Part shown: one piece after another, positions 38,110-47,091 of the stretch | How positions within the stretch are numbered: the first letter of the stretch is position 1 | How the letters are laid out: every line of letters starts with the position of its first letter | Virus record (IMG/VR): IMGVR_UViG_2775507210_000003 | DNA: 64,000 nucleotides | From: an uncultured virus (IMG/VR IMGVR_UViG_2775507210_000003) | Taxonomy: Duplodnaviria; Heunggongvirae; Uroviricota; Caudoviricetes | Direction: 5' to 3' (one strand) | Program-made: the position numbers and the translations under genes | Notes under the pieces: generated by a model | What the model was told of the DNA's origin: nothing | The model's input: the letters and a program-made list of their open reading frames with translations, nothing else | Database searches by the model: none

Positions 38110-39522
38110 TTAAAAAAATAGTTTTATCATGTCTGAAGCTGCATTAAGTCCGCCTCTTCCATCGCTACCGCTTTTTGGTAGTGTGAATGTATATCGTGAA
38201 TCTTCCTGGTATGTTAGCTTTAGGTGCTTCCCTTCGTCGCTGATTTCAAAGCCTAGTTTTTCTAGTGTTGTGCGTGTTCGAGATGACATTTCGCGGTAGC
38301 CCCTTAATGTTTCTCTAATAGTATGAGATATTTCTGTCGAGATTTTTTTTGGCGCTGGTTGATTTGCTATGCTTTGGAGTATGTGGAGGCGTCTACTATC
38401 CTCTGGTACGCGCTCACATTGATCGCGTAAAGCGTCTAAGATAATCCACAGAATCTCGTCGTCAAAAAAGTCTTCTTCATCGCCGATATTTATTTGTAGT
38501 CCGCCTTGTACTGGGTTTTTGGATCGTAACGCTTTGGAAACTCCTTCCAGTCGATGAACTTCTCGCTTTAATGTTTCTATTTGTTCTTCTTTTGCTTTGA
38601 TCTCTGCATCAAAAGCTTCGATGTATGCGCTAACATCCAACGATTCTTCGCTTTTTAGTTTTTGAATAAGCTTCCGATTTTTTGTTTCTCTAAGCGCCTC
38701 TATCGAACACTCTCTCAATGGCATGCGTTGCGAGATCATGGATCTGAGTTCGGTAAATATTTCAACTTCAAAAGCTTTCGTGCTTTTGTCGCTGCTCTTT
38801 CTGTGTATTGATACGCCGCCATCAGAAGGCCAATAAATTCCTATTGCGCCTCCATATACATTTTGGGAGTTAACATATGTGCGTAGCTTGTTAGAAAAAG
38901 CTCTGTTTGGCTCAACTACTACATGGGCGAGCCCTGAAAGGCTTCGTGCTAATCGATCTGGTATGGCGGCACAAAATCCCGAGTGATACTTTGTTATGAG
39001 AACGATGGGAAGTCTATTTCCAGTTTCTCCATTAATCAGGTCAGCGGCGTACTGTAGGTCTATTAAGGTGTCTTTGAGTTCAACGTGCTCATGATTTACT
39101 TTGAGGTCGCCGTCAATCCCGCCGCCATAACGATCAATCAATCGGATGATGATTAGTGGTTTCTTTATTTCAGGGGTTTTGGTGGTTGCGATAAATGAGT
39201 TGCAGTAAGCTTTGACGTTTACCCATGCCTCGCCGGTTTGAGGTAGCGTAAGAAAACTTACAGTAGTCACCCAGGCGTGACTTTGATCTTTCTTGGTGTA
39301 GACGAAGGAGTGAATTTGCATTTTTTCGTCATCAGCATACTCGAATTCTATGGTTTCTCTTGGTGCGGTTTTTTTAAACTCAGCTACTTTAATATTTTCC
39401 AGTAATTGGGATTGCGTAAAATTCGTGTGAGGCGATTCGCTAATCCAATATAAACACTCTTCCAGAATCTGAATGGGAGTTGTTCCATTCGCAAGCGGAA
39501 AGTCTGTCGAGAAAATTTGCAT
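38110..39522 (-). CDS. Uncharacterised 470-aa protein, coiled coil plus HicA-like C-terminus
   Basis: Long AT-rich ORF; LGFEISDEGKHLKL...PKSGSDGRGGLN C-terminus. Confidence 0.7.
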   Translation of the reverse strand: MQIFSTDFPLANGTTPIQILEECLYWISESPHTNFTQSQLLENIKVAEFKKTAPRETIEFEYADDEKMQIHSFVYTKKDQSHAWVTTVSFLTLPQTGEAWVNVKAYCNSFIATTKTPEIKKPLIIIRLIDRYGGGIDGDLKVNHEHVELKDTLIDLQYAADLINGETGNRLPIVLITKYHSGFCAAIPDRLARSLSGLAHVVVEPNRAFSNKLRTYVNSQNVYGGAIGIYWPSDGGVSIHRKSSDKSTKAFEVEIFTELRSMISQRMPLRECSIEALRETKNRKLIQKLKSEESLDVSAYIEAFDAEIKAKEEQIETLKREVHRLEGVSKALRSKNPVQGGLQINIGDEEDFFDDEILWIILDALRDQCERVPEDSRRLHILQSIANQPAPKKISTEISHTIRETLRGYREMSSRTRTTLEKLGFEISDEGKHLKLTYQEDSRYTFTLPKSGSDGRGGLNAASDMIKLFF

Positions 39523-39652
39523 ACGTCGTCCTTGTGGTGGCTATTTGCTAGCAAATCTATCTGAGCCTCTCGGCAAGAGCAATCAGAAAAAACATCAAAT
39601 TCAAGTGCCGTCAGCTGTAGATCATAAGAGGTTCAGCCTCTACCACTCGGTC

Positions 39653-39885
39653 ATGCCAAAGCGGAGCGTTATCCGCATCGAAGCTGACAGCTTCACTCAC
39701 TACGGTTGCGAGATGGTGTTGTACAAAGGCGATGTAGTGGTTGCGCGTTCCTCTGATCGCGGTTTCGTTGTGCGTGACGATCTAGTGTGCGAATCCGACA
39801 GTGTGGATCAACTTGCTCCGGCCGCGGTGACTGAGTTCAAGGTCCGTTCCGTTCCGCTCCGATTTGCCATTCCTGGCAGGTGCGG
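39653..39885 (+). pseudogene. Relic homolog of the 12344-12649 gene
   Basis: Shares VVARSSDRGFVVRDD; truncated. Confidence 0.75.
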
Positions 39886-39887
39886 CT

Positions 39888-40031
39888 ATCCGGTGGGCGT
39901 TCGATGGCTTCCATTTTGAAGCTTTGGAAATTCGTTACAGCAACACGAACCAGTGGCAAGGAAAGGCCGATGTCACCGACGAGCAGGTAATCATGAACTG
40001 GGTGCCTGCAGCTTTGGGTGACCTATTTTGA
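39888..40031 (+). pseudogene. C-terminal fragment of a Dam-like MTase
   Basis: IRWAFDGFHFEALEIRYSNTNQWQGKADVTDEQVIMNWVPAALGDLF* aligns with the end of 34428-35222. Confidence 0.85.
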
Positions 40032-40275
40032 TGCGGTGCTGTTGCGTTTGGTGGGGCAAAAATCGGGCAATCTGTACGCCAATCTATGCCATTTAAAGCT
40101 GATTAGACGTTCTCAAGACTTATAAAGAAAAGCCCGGAAGCCACTTATTTAGTGGGACTTCCGGGCTTTTTCGTCAATGCCTGAGCATAATCGGGGTGTG
40201 AAAATTCTTTTCAGTCGTGAATACAATTAACGCGCAAGTTCAATAAAAATGTCACGTTGCCCAAGTGGGTAATTG

Positions 40276-40923
40276 TCATGTGAATTCATCGATAGCATCC
40301 AATAAGGTCGGCATATCAGTATAGGGGTTCAGATGGTGCGGTTTGGTGCGCCCCGTCTGAGCACTAGCTAATGCCCTTTCATTGATTCTTATTGCGCGTT
40401 GTCGTGCTTGTGCTATGTTGGGTTTTAAATGATTAAAAATGTCTAGGCTTGCCTTGTGGTAATCTTGTCCAATAGTGTCCTTGATGAGGCGCTTTAAATT
40501 ACTATTTGTGATTAAATCATCAAAGCAGCTGTAGGCAGTGGAGCTGTCAATAAAGTGTAATAATATCCATTGTTCAAAGCATACATTGGTTAGAGCGATA
40601 TTGATGTCGTTGTCTTTTGCTCTTTTGTATGCCTGGTCATGTAGTTTGTCGTCATACTTTGTTATGGATTCTCGGTCATAGACCACCCAGAATACATCAC
40701 CCTTAGGTGTTGAGTTGTTGCGCTTTTGGCTAATAGCAACATCTACCAGTTCGACAGGTGTGTTTTTTCTTGTCTTCTCAATGCATATTACGTTTCGCAA
40801 AGCCCGGTCTTCAAGGGTGCCTATGTACCCTGTGATATAGTTAGGTTCTGTTTTCGCTCCCTCACAATAAATATGCATTTTTCGGGGGAGCTTCCTAATT
40901 GCTTTAGCCCTAGGTCTAGGCAT
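40276..40923 (-). CDS. RloB-family (TOPRIM-like) protein
   Basis: IYCEG.KTE..Y, VVYDRE, N.CFE.W.LLHF, NPYT. Confidence 0.85.
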   Translation of the reverse strand: MPRPRAKAIRKLPRKMHIYCEGAKTEPNYITGYIGTLEDRALRNVICIEKTRKNTPVELVDVAISQKRNNSTPKGDVFWVVYDRESITKYDDKLHDQAYKRAKDNDINIALTNVCFEQWILLHFIDSSTAYSCFDDLITNSNLKRLIKDTIGQDYHKASLDIFNHLKPNIAQARQRAIRINERALASAQTGRTKPHHLNPYTDMPTLLDAIDEFT

Positions 40924-40939
40924 GACGACCTCGATGAAT

Positions 40940-42217
40940 TTAAAGATTGGCAGCGAAAAGTTCTTTAATTTTTTCGTATTTTATGTGGGGTAACGCGCCG
41001 AATCTACCTTCGTCATACCAGTCACTATAAGGGCTATTAGATTTCACCGTGCTCTTGTCAAATTCATCGAGGGAATAAAATGAGGTGGCGCCTTCACTTT
41101 TTTCGGTGAACCAGATTTGGTCTCTACGCATGAGTTGGGGGGACATAAGTTTTATGTCATGAGTGGTGAAAATCAACTGAGCGTTGTTTGTATTGACGGT
41201 TGGGTCGTTGAAGAGTCGAATTATAAGTTCGGCCAAGTGAGGATGGAAGCTACTGTCAAGCTCATCGACAATAAGAACCGATCCCAATAAAAATGAGGAG
41301 ATAAGTAGCGGTAGGAAACTAAAGAGGCGTTGAGTGCCGTACGACTCTTCGGTTAGTGGGATTTTTATCACTTTTCCTTCGTCTGATAAGTGAGAGAAGT
41401 TAAATTGATATTTGCTTCTATTGATTATCTCCTCTCTAATTTCCTTTGGGATATACTGTGGTATGCTTGCCTTGATTTCTTCTAGATGTGCGTTTTCTTT
41501 GCGCTCGATGCCAATGATGCCGGTATCAATCCCTGCTAGGAAATCGCTGATTGTATTTAAAGAGTCGTCATTATCTAAAAAACTTCCAGTGAATAACGGG
41601 GAGTTTGGCTTTATGTGCAGAAGTCTTTCAAAGTACTGGTAGACAGATCTTACAATTTCTGCTCCGGCCGCGTTATTGCCTGCTTTGCCAAGATAGCTAT
41701 TATTTGGAAAGAAAGGAATTCGTTTTTGGCCGCCCTTATAGTGGCTTCCAAAGCTAATTGTTTCCCAAGTGTCTTCGGGATCGCGCCTGAAAATATTTGC
41801 TTTCTGCCGGGTTGGATAGAAATCTAGACTTTCCGAAATAATTTTATATTTGGTGAAAGAGATCGCGTAATTGTATCTGAGGCCGTCGGCGTTTAGAAAT
41901 TCAACTTCAAAGCTGATTGGGGCATTTGCATTTTCCTTAGACAAGCAGTAGGGCTCGTAGCATGGTATTGCAGCTCCTTCCTTCAGGTCGTCAGTTGAGG
42001 AAATTAGAAAGTCTAATGCGACAAGTCCGAGAAGTATGTTGGATTTTCCCGACGCGTTGGCGCCAAAGATTCCAGCTGTTCGCAATATATTTACTTTATC
42101 GTTGTTAGTGGAGCATATGTTGCTAAGTAAGTGGCTCTTTGGATTCTCAACATTCATGCTGAGTGTTTGCTCATCGCGTATGGAGCGAAAATTGCCTACT
42201 GTAAAGTCGATGATCAC
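40940..42217 (-). CDS. RloA-like ABC/AAA ATPase
   Basis: NFRSI, GANASGKSN, ES.GT, IVDELDSSFHP, QLIFTTH, RRDQIWF; GTG start. Confidence 0.88.
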   Translation of the reverse strand: MIIDFTVGNFRSIRDEQTLSMNVENPKSHLLSNICSTNNDKVNILRTAGIFGANASGKSNILLGLVALDFLISSTDDLKEGAAIPCYEPYCLSKENANAPISFEVEFLNADGLRYNYAISFTKYKIISESLDFYPTRQKANIFRRDPEDTWETISFGSHYKGGQKRIPFFPNNSYLGKAGNNAAGAEIVRSVYQYFERLLHIKPNSPLFTGSFLDNDDSLNTISDFLAGIDTGIIGIERKENAHLEEIKASIPQYIPKEIREEIINRSKYQFNFSHLSDEGKVIKIPLTEESYGTQRLFSFLPLLISSFLLGSVLIVDELDSSFHPHLAELIIRLFNDPTVNTNNAQLIFTTHDIKLMSPQLMRRDQIWFTEKSEGATSFYSLDEFDKSTVKSNSPYSDWYDEGRFGALPHIKYEKIKELFAANL

Positions 42218-42316
42218 GTTAGCTTGCTTCCAGTCTTGGTGGCGTTTTTGAACAAAATTTTCCAAAAATCGCTTGAGTAAGCGATTAGACGCGTTTTCAT
42301 ACAAAAGTCAAGAATT

Positions 42317-42371
42317 TTTGCTTTGCTTTGCTTTGCTTTGCTTTGCTTTGCTTTGCTTTGCTTTGCTTTGC
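42317..42371. repeat. Simple sequence repeat (TTTGC)x11
   Basis: 11 perfect units read directly. Confidence 0.95.
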
Positions 42372-42673
42372 TGTGGTGCACTCAGGAGGCGCGGCGGCTG
42401 CGCGTGGACCAGGGAAACTGTGGTGCTTATCACGCTGTGTTGAGTTCCGCGCGGAGAAATCGCAGCCGGCCTCGAAGTTGTTGGCGCCCGAGTTGGCCTG
42501 GTACAAAAATGGGACAGCCGTTTATGGAGCAGTACAGGGGCTTTTGTTTTCAAGGTATTCAGGAAAGCAAAGCCCAATCTATCGCGGCTCTGATCATTCC
42601 GCTGCCAAATGCTGGCACGGGCCGCTCAGTAAGACTTGAGAGTGCTGCCGCATGCCGAGAAGCACCGGCAGGT

Positions 42674-42880
42674 TTAAGATCGCAAGCGCTGTATCCCAAC
42701 CCAGATCGCTTCGCTATGTATATCTAGTGTTGTGAGGGCTACCATTACATTGTCGTGGATGTGAGTCGAGCCACGCTGACTGACCCAGAGCGATACTTCT
42801 TCCAGCGCCGATCTGATGGCGGTTTGGTTCATCATCAGCAGTTCCAATGTATCGGCGGTAATAGTCGCTTTCTCGTCCAT
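42674..42880 (-). CDS. Small hypothetical protein
   Basis: 68-aa ORF with AGGA RBS. Confidence 0.55.
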   Translation of the reverse strand: MDEKATITADTLELLMMNQTAIRSALEEVSLWVSQRGSTHIHDNVMVALTTLDIHSEAIWVGIQRLRS

Positions 42881-43290
42881 GTGTGATGTCCTGAATCCTT
42901 TGAGAGGGAGCTTTTAGGGTAAATTTAGGGCAAATACCAAGCCGTACTAGGCTAAAGCGGGCCATGTGTACGATTGAGACTAGCCGCGTTTTTTGGCCTT
43001 TGGCGGCCCGCGCGCAAATAGCTGAGCTTGAATCGTTACGCGTCGAAGCGCTCGGGTGCCATGCTGAAGGGATCTAATAGCCTTGGTCGGCACTCCAGAC
43101 GAACATGCCTACGCTTCGCCAGCCCAGCCAAGCGTCTTTGACAGCAGCAGTGACGAGATCAGAGAGGGTGAAAATCTGTTCCGCAACGAATTTCCGTGTC
43201 CGCGTATTCAGCGGCTTGCAGAGGTGCTGAACCTCCACTGATGCGGAATCAATTTATCCATAACCTATTGAATTTATTAGGTTTGCAGAT

Positions 43291-43342
43291 CGGATTGCAA
43301 ATCCGTCTACGCCGGTTCGATTCCGACCTCGGCCTCCATATT
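43291..43342 (+). repeat. att core copy 2 (junction of prophages 1 and 2; tRNA-Cys 3' fragment)
   Basis: Identical to 179-230; lacks the tRNA 5' end. Confidence 0.95.
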
Positions 43343-43344
43343 TG

Positions 43345-43378
43345 AAAGCCCCGCAGATTAACGTCTGCGGGGCTTTTT
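43345..43378 (+). terminator. Rho-independent terminator (copy of 232-266)
   Basis: AAAGCCCCGCAGA-ttaacg-TCTGCGGGGCTTTTT. Confidence 0.8.
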
Positions 43379-43399
43379 CGTTGTGGTGCGGAAAGCCAA

Positions 43400-43436
43400 G
43401 AGTTCCGAAACTTTGAGGGTGGAGTTCCGAAACTTT
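43400..43436 (+). repeat. Putative integrase arm-type sites, prophage 2
   Basis: GAGTTCCGAAACTTT at 43400-43414 and 43422-43436. Confidence 0.65.
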
Positions 43437-43437
43437 C

Positions 43438-44487
43438 CTACTTCGAAGGCTTGGCGATGGCGCCGACCCGGCGGTAAACGCGCTCGGTAATGCCTTCCTT
43501 CGAGTGCCCAAGAAGCAAGCTGGCATCGCCCAAGTCTGTGATCTCCGAGGCCGCCTTGGGCCGGATATCGCGAAACTGGAACTGCGCGATCCGGTTGGCC
43601 AGCTCGGGCTGCTTCTCACTGATGGCCCTCAATCGGGCCGACTCCCGCGCCTCCTGCCACCGGTTGCGCAGCATCTCCCAGGACAGCCGCTTGCCGCTGG
43701 CGCTCAGGATGAAAAACGGTGACAGGTGGTCTCGGTTCCTGAGCTTAATTCGCTCCAGCAGCGTACCAAGGCTGTTGTTCACCCCATCCACTTCCAGGAT
43801 GATCCTCAGTCGCTTGCCCGTCTTGCCTTGGCTGACCAGCAGGTAGACCCCTTCTACATCGTCCTTCCGCATGGACAGTACATCCGCCGGCCTCTGGCCA
43901 GTCAGGTATGCCAGGTCCATCGCATCCTTCAGCTCCGCCGGGGCCTCCTCATACACCGCTCGCCATACCGCCTCGTTGGCATAGTAATCGCGCGGCTTCT
44001 CTTTGTTCTTCCTTACCCCCAAGCATGGATTCTGCTGCGTCGTCAGGCCCCATTCCCGGGCCGTGTTGAATACGTGCGACAGCAGCGCAATCTCGCGGTT
44101 GGCTCGGGTCTTCGCAGATCGACTATCTCGGTACTGCGCGATCATGGCCGGCGTGATGGCATCGATCGGCGCCGAGTCGAACACCGTGCGCAGCTGCTTC
44201 AGTTCGTAGATGTTGTCCTTCTGGGTCCGGGGCGCCTTCTTGGGCAGGATGTGCCGCTCGTACTGGTCGAAGATCCCCTTCATGGTTGTGAGCTCGGCCG
44301 GCACGGCTTTCGCCTCCAACTCGGCCCATTTGAGTTTGGCCTGGGCCAGATCGGTACCGAGGGGAATCTCCTTGCCAACCGGGTCGCGGTAGTAGTACCC
44401 GACCCATACCTTGCCGTTCTTCCTGGTGCGCTTGCGCCGGTAAACTCCCGGCGGCAGGTCGCGATTCTCGGTACTTCTGGGGCGCAT
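43438..44487 (-). CDS. int: Tyrosine recombinase, phage integrase
   Basis: TGQRPAD, RDIRPKAAS, LLGHS, VYRR; homolog of 327-1391. Confidence 0.95.
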   Translation of the reverse strand: MRPRSTENRDLPPGVYRRKRTRKNGKVWVGYYYRDPVGKEIPLGTDLAQAKLKWAELEAKAVPAELTTMKGIFDQYERHILPKKAPRTQKDNIYELKQLRTVFDSAPIDAITPAMIAQYRDSRSAKTRANREIALLSHVFNTAREWGLTTQQNPCLGVRKNKEKPRDYYANEAVWRAVYEEAPAELKDAMDLAYLTGQRPADVLSMRKDDVEGVYLLVSQGKTGKRLRIILEVDGVNNSLGTLLERIKLRNRDHLSPFFILSASGKRLSWEMLRNRWQEARESARLRAISEKQPELANRIAQFQFRDIRPKAASEITDLGDASLLLGHSKEGITERVYRRVGAIAKPSK

Positions 44488-44488
44488 T

Positions 44489-44731
44489 TCATTTCACTCG
44501 GGAAAAGTCAGGTGTCCATGCCGTGGTCGGCAAGGGTGGAGGTGTAACAGGCAGCACGCCTACCGTGACGCCTAGCTTCATGCGGGCGTACTGGCGGCCC
44601 ACCAGGGGGCGGCCGCCGCGGCTCTCGACAAAGTGCCAGTGACGCTCATTTAGCCAGCGGCGCTGCCAGCCCCTGGCCTTGTATCCGGTCAGTTCAGCCA
44701 GTTCTGTGTCCGAAAGGATTTCGGTTTCCAT
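44489..44731 (-). CDS. DUF4224-like putative excisionase
   Basis: LSDTELAELTGY...GRPLVGRQYARMKL. Confidence 0.75.
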   Translation of the reverse strand: METEILSDTELAELTGYKARGWQRRWLNERHWHFVESRGGRPLVGRQYARMKLGVTVGVLPVTPPPLPTTAWTPDFSRVK

Positions 44732-44776
44732 GGGATAGGCTCCACGCCGCGCATGGCGGCAGAGGTGGGGAGGGGT

Positions 44777-45259
44777 TTAGGCGGGGGTCTTTGCTATAAC
44801 CGTCTTGGCATCAGCGATGATCTGGTTCAGTGCCTTGAGGCCTGCGTAACCGTCATAGCAGTTCACTGGGTAGTCCAGATCCCACTGAACTAGGCGTCTG
44901 AGCAAGGTTTCCATTTCTTCCTGCAACTCACCCTCGGCCCGACCGATTTCCCAGAATTGCTGCCCCCAGTGGTCTGCCGGTGGCGGATTGGTGTTTTGCT
45001 TACCGAAAGCCAGTGCACCGACGATCGAGTCACACAGGTCGGCCTTGTAGTCGTTGTCACCGTCAATGCTCAGGCCGCGCCGACGGAGGGCGCTTACCAC
45101 CTCGTTTTTATCAAGGCCCTGATCTTCGATGACGATGTCCCGCTCTGGCTCGCCCGGGGTATAAATCACCAAGGCCAACTTGGCGCCTGGTAGGCAATGC
45201 TCGCTGAGTTTGACCAGCGCATCATTGGCTGCTTCGTGGAATCGCTGAACTGCTGACAT
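44777..45259 (-). CDS. Phage hypothetical protein
   Basis: GAGG RBS; lies in early operon. Confidence 0.6.
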   Translation of the reverse strand: MSAVQRFHEAANDALVKLSEHCLPGAKLALVIYTPGEPERDIVIEDQGLDKNEVVSALRRRGLSIDGDNDYKADLCDSIVGALAFGKQNTNPPPADHWGQQFWEIGRAEGELQEEMETLLRRLVQWDLDYPVNCYDGYAGLKALNQIIADAKTVIAKTPA

Positions 45260-45311
45260 AGGGATACCTCGCCCGCCTATCGGCAGGCTTGAGTTGTTGT
45301 AGGGGGAGGGG

Positions 45312-45545
45312 TTACTGAATTTTGCCGGTTAGGCGTTCGCGCCATGTCAGGCGCCGGGGTAAGTGCTCACGGTCATCCACCTCGACCACTACATAGGCTG
45401 TGCGGTCGAAGGCGGCATCACGTCGCGCAGCAAGAAGGCACGCTTCGTCATCAGCAGCTTCATGACTGGTTGCGTTCAGCTCATGCACGTTGAAGCCTTT
45501 GCTATGGACGTGCCATCCGTGGATCACTGCGATGAACCTGCTCAT
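45312..45545 (-). CDS. Phage hypothetical protein
   Basis: MSRFIAVIHGW...LTWRERLTG; GAGG RBS. Confidence 0.55.
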   Translation of the reverse strand: MSRFIAVIHGWHVHSKGFNVHELNATSHEAADDEACLLAARRDAAFDRTAYVVVEVDDREHLPRRLTWRERLTGKIQ

Positions 45546-45588
45546 AGCCTCGGCCCGTTCGAGATCGGGAGGCAGAGGGCGAGGCGGG

Positions 45589-46083
45589 TCATTGCTCGAC
45601 CTCAGCAGATTCTGGAATTTCCTCGAACTTGTAGGTCTTGATGACCCTTTCCTCGACGCCGGCGACCTTGATGAACTTGGCCTCATCCACCCACGGGTAG
45701 GCATTCGGCTCGCCGTGCTTGCCTCCGCCGCTCATCTCGCAGAAAGCCAGGGCCCGGCCATAGGGCAGGATGAAGGCTTTAACGTCGATCTCGTAGTTAC
45801 GATTCCAGCTGTAGTGGCACCAATACGGGATTCCGTGAACATCTTCGGCCTCGTAGCGCACCTCGTTGATGGCGTCGTCATGCTCGTTTTCGTCGAACAG
45901 AGCCTCCAGCAAATCACCTGGTGCTGCGGCCAGAAAAGCCAGGTCGATGTCGATATCCTGTCCGTCATCGTCGGTGAGCGTGTAGGTGTAGCCGAACTCA
46001 AGTCCTTTGCGCATGACAAGCAGCTTGGCCAGTTGACTTGCAGTGAGCGTGCTCAGGGTTTCGTGGATATTTGCATCAAGCAT
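45589..46083 (-). CDS. Acidic phage hypothetical protein
   Basis: AAGGA RBS; 164 aa. Confidence 0.6.
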   Translation of the reverse strand: MLDANIHETLSTLTASQLAKLLVMRKGLEFGYTYTLTDDDGQDIDIDLAFLAAAPGDLLEALFDENEHDDAINEVRYEAEDVHGIPYWCHYSWNRNYEIDVKAFILPYGRALAFCEMSGGGKHGEPNAYPWVDEAKFIKVAGVEERVIKTYKFEEIPESAEVEQ

Positions 46084-46167
46084 AGGGATTCCTTGGCCGC
46101 CATATCGCGGCTGTTCAATAGAGGGGAGAGGGGTATTTCCAGATGGAGTACAAATGTACTCTTTACT

Positions 46168-47091
46168 TTATGCGGCCTTCAGTAAGGCCTCAATCACGCG
46201 CTGCCCGGCCAGCGGCGGCACAGCGTTGCCAGCCATGTGCATGGTCAGCCGGTGGTTGTCCGGACGCAGGGTGTCAGCCGGGAACGACATCGCGGCCAGT
46301 GCCTCGCTGGCGCTGAGCATCCGCATGCGGTCGCCGTCGACCAAAGCCCAGCGATCAAGGGTGGTAATGGTGCCGATCGGCCGGCTTATGTCGCGCCCGG
46401 TGGTGCCAGAGCCTTTGCCGTAGTAGGGCATGATGAATCGCTCGCCGAAGCGCTGGCGCCCGTTGCGTACCCGATCAAGCGTAGCCTGGGCCCGGCCTGG
46501 TTTCTCGATCTGTGACCAACGCCCGGCATCGAAGTCGAGGAAGCTGGCTGCCGGCACATGTCGTTCCTGCGGCAGCTGCAGCATCAGCGGTGCCTTGCTG
46601 CGCGTCAGGACCATGAACAGGCGCACCCGGTGCTGCGACACGCCGAGGTCGGCGCAGTCCACGATGTGCGGAGCTGCCTGATATCCCAGCGCCTGTACCG
46701 CTTGCAGCCAGGCCGGGTAAAGCACCCAGTCGGTGAACTCCGACACGTTCTCGATCACCGCCGCTTGTGGCTGGTGGAACTCAAGGGCCGATACCGGCGC
46801 CCAGGCCGTGGATCGTGAAGCGTCGTGCTCCGGGTTTCCCGACTTCTTTCCCCGTGCCTTAGCGTGGCCCTGGCAGCAGGGCGATGCCAGCAGGATATCG
46901 TGCGCCGGCACCTGCTCCCAGCGTGCCTGGTGCAGGTCTTGGCAAGCGTGCTGCGTTTCGGGGTGGTTGGCGCTGTGCCATTCAACGGCTACCGGCCAGT
47001 GGTTTGCCGCCCAGAGAACCTGGACGCCTGCGGCGCGCGCGCCGGTGCTCCATCCGCCGAGGCCGGCGAACAGATCGATTGCTGTTGTCAT
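46168..47091 (-). CDS. DNA (cytosine-5) methyltransferase
   Basis: IDLFAGLGG, ASPCCQG, IENV, QHRVR, GNAV. Confidence 0.92.
   Translation of the reverse strand: MTTAIDLFAGLGGWSTGARAAGVQVLWAANHWPVAVEWHSANHPETQHACQDLHQARWEQVPAHDILLASPCCQGHAKARGKKSGNPEHDASRSTAWAPVSALEFHQPQAAVIENVSEFTDWVLYPAWLQAVQALGYQAAPHIVDCADLGVSQHRVRLFMVLTRSKAPLMLQLPQERHVPAASFLDFDAGRWSQIEKPGRAQATLDRVRNGRQRFGERFIMPYYGKGSGTTGRDISRPIGTITTLDRWALVDGDRMRMLSASEALAAMSFPADTLRPDNHRLTMHMAGNAVPPLAGQRVIEALLKAA

Larger units (their letters stand above)
179..43342. mobile_element. Prophage 1 (temperate phage, lambda-like head, P2-like contractile tail), apparently complete
   Basis: Bounded by 52-bp direct repeats; integrase, immunity, replication, packaging, head, tail and lysis modules in order. 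Confidence 0.93.

Noticed and set aside
42297..42727. ORFs containing QSKAK or LCFAL repeats
   Set aside because: Translations of the (TTTGC)11 microsatellite; no other coding support.
43291..43338. Second tRNA-Cys gene
   Set aside because: Only the 3' part is present; the acceptor 5' strand and D-arm are missing. It is an att duplicate.
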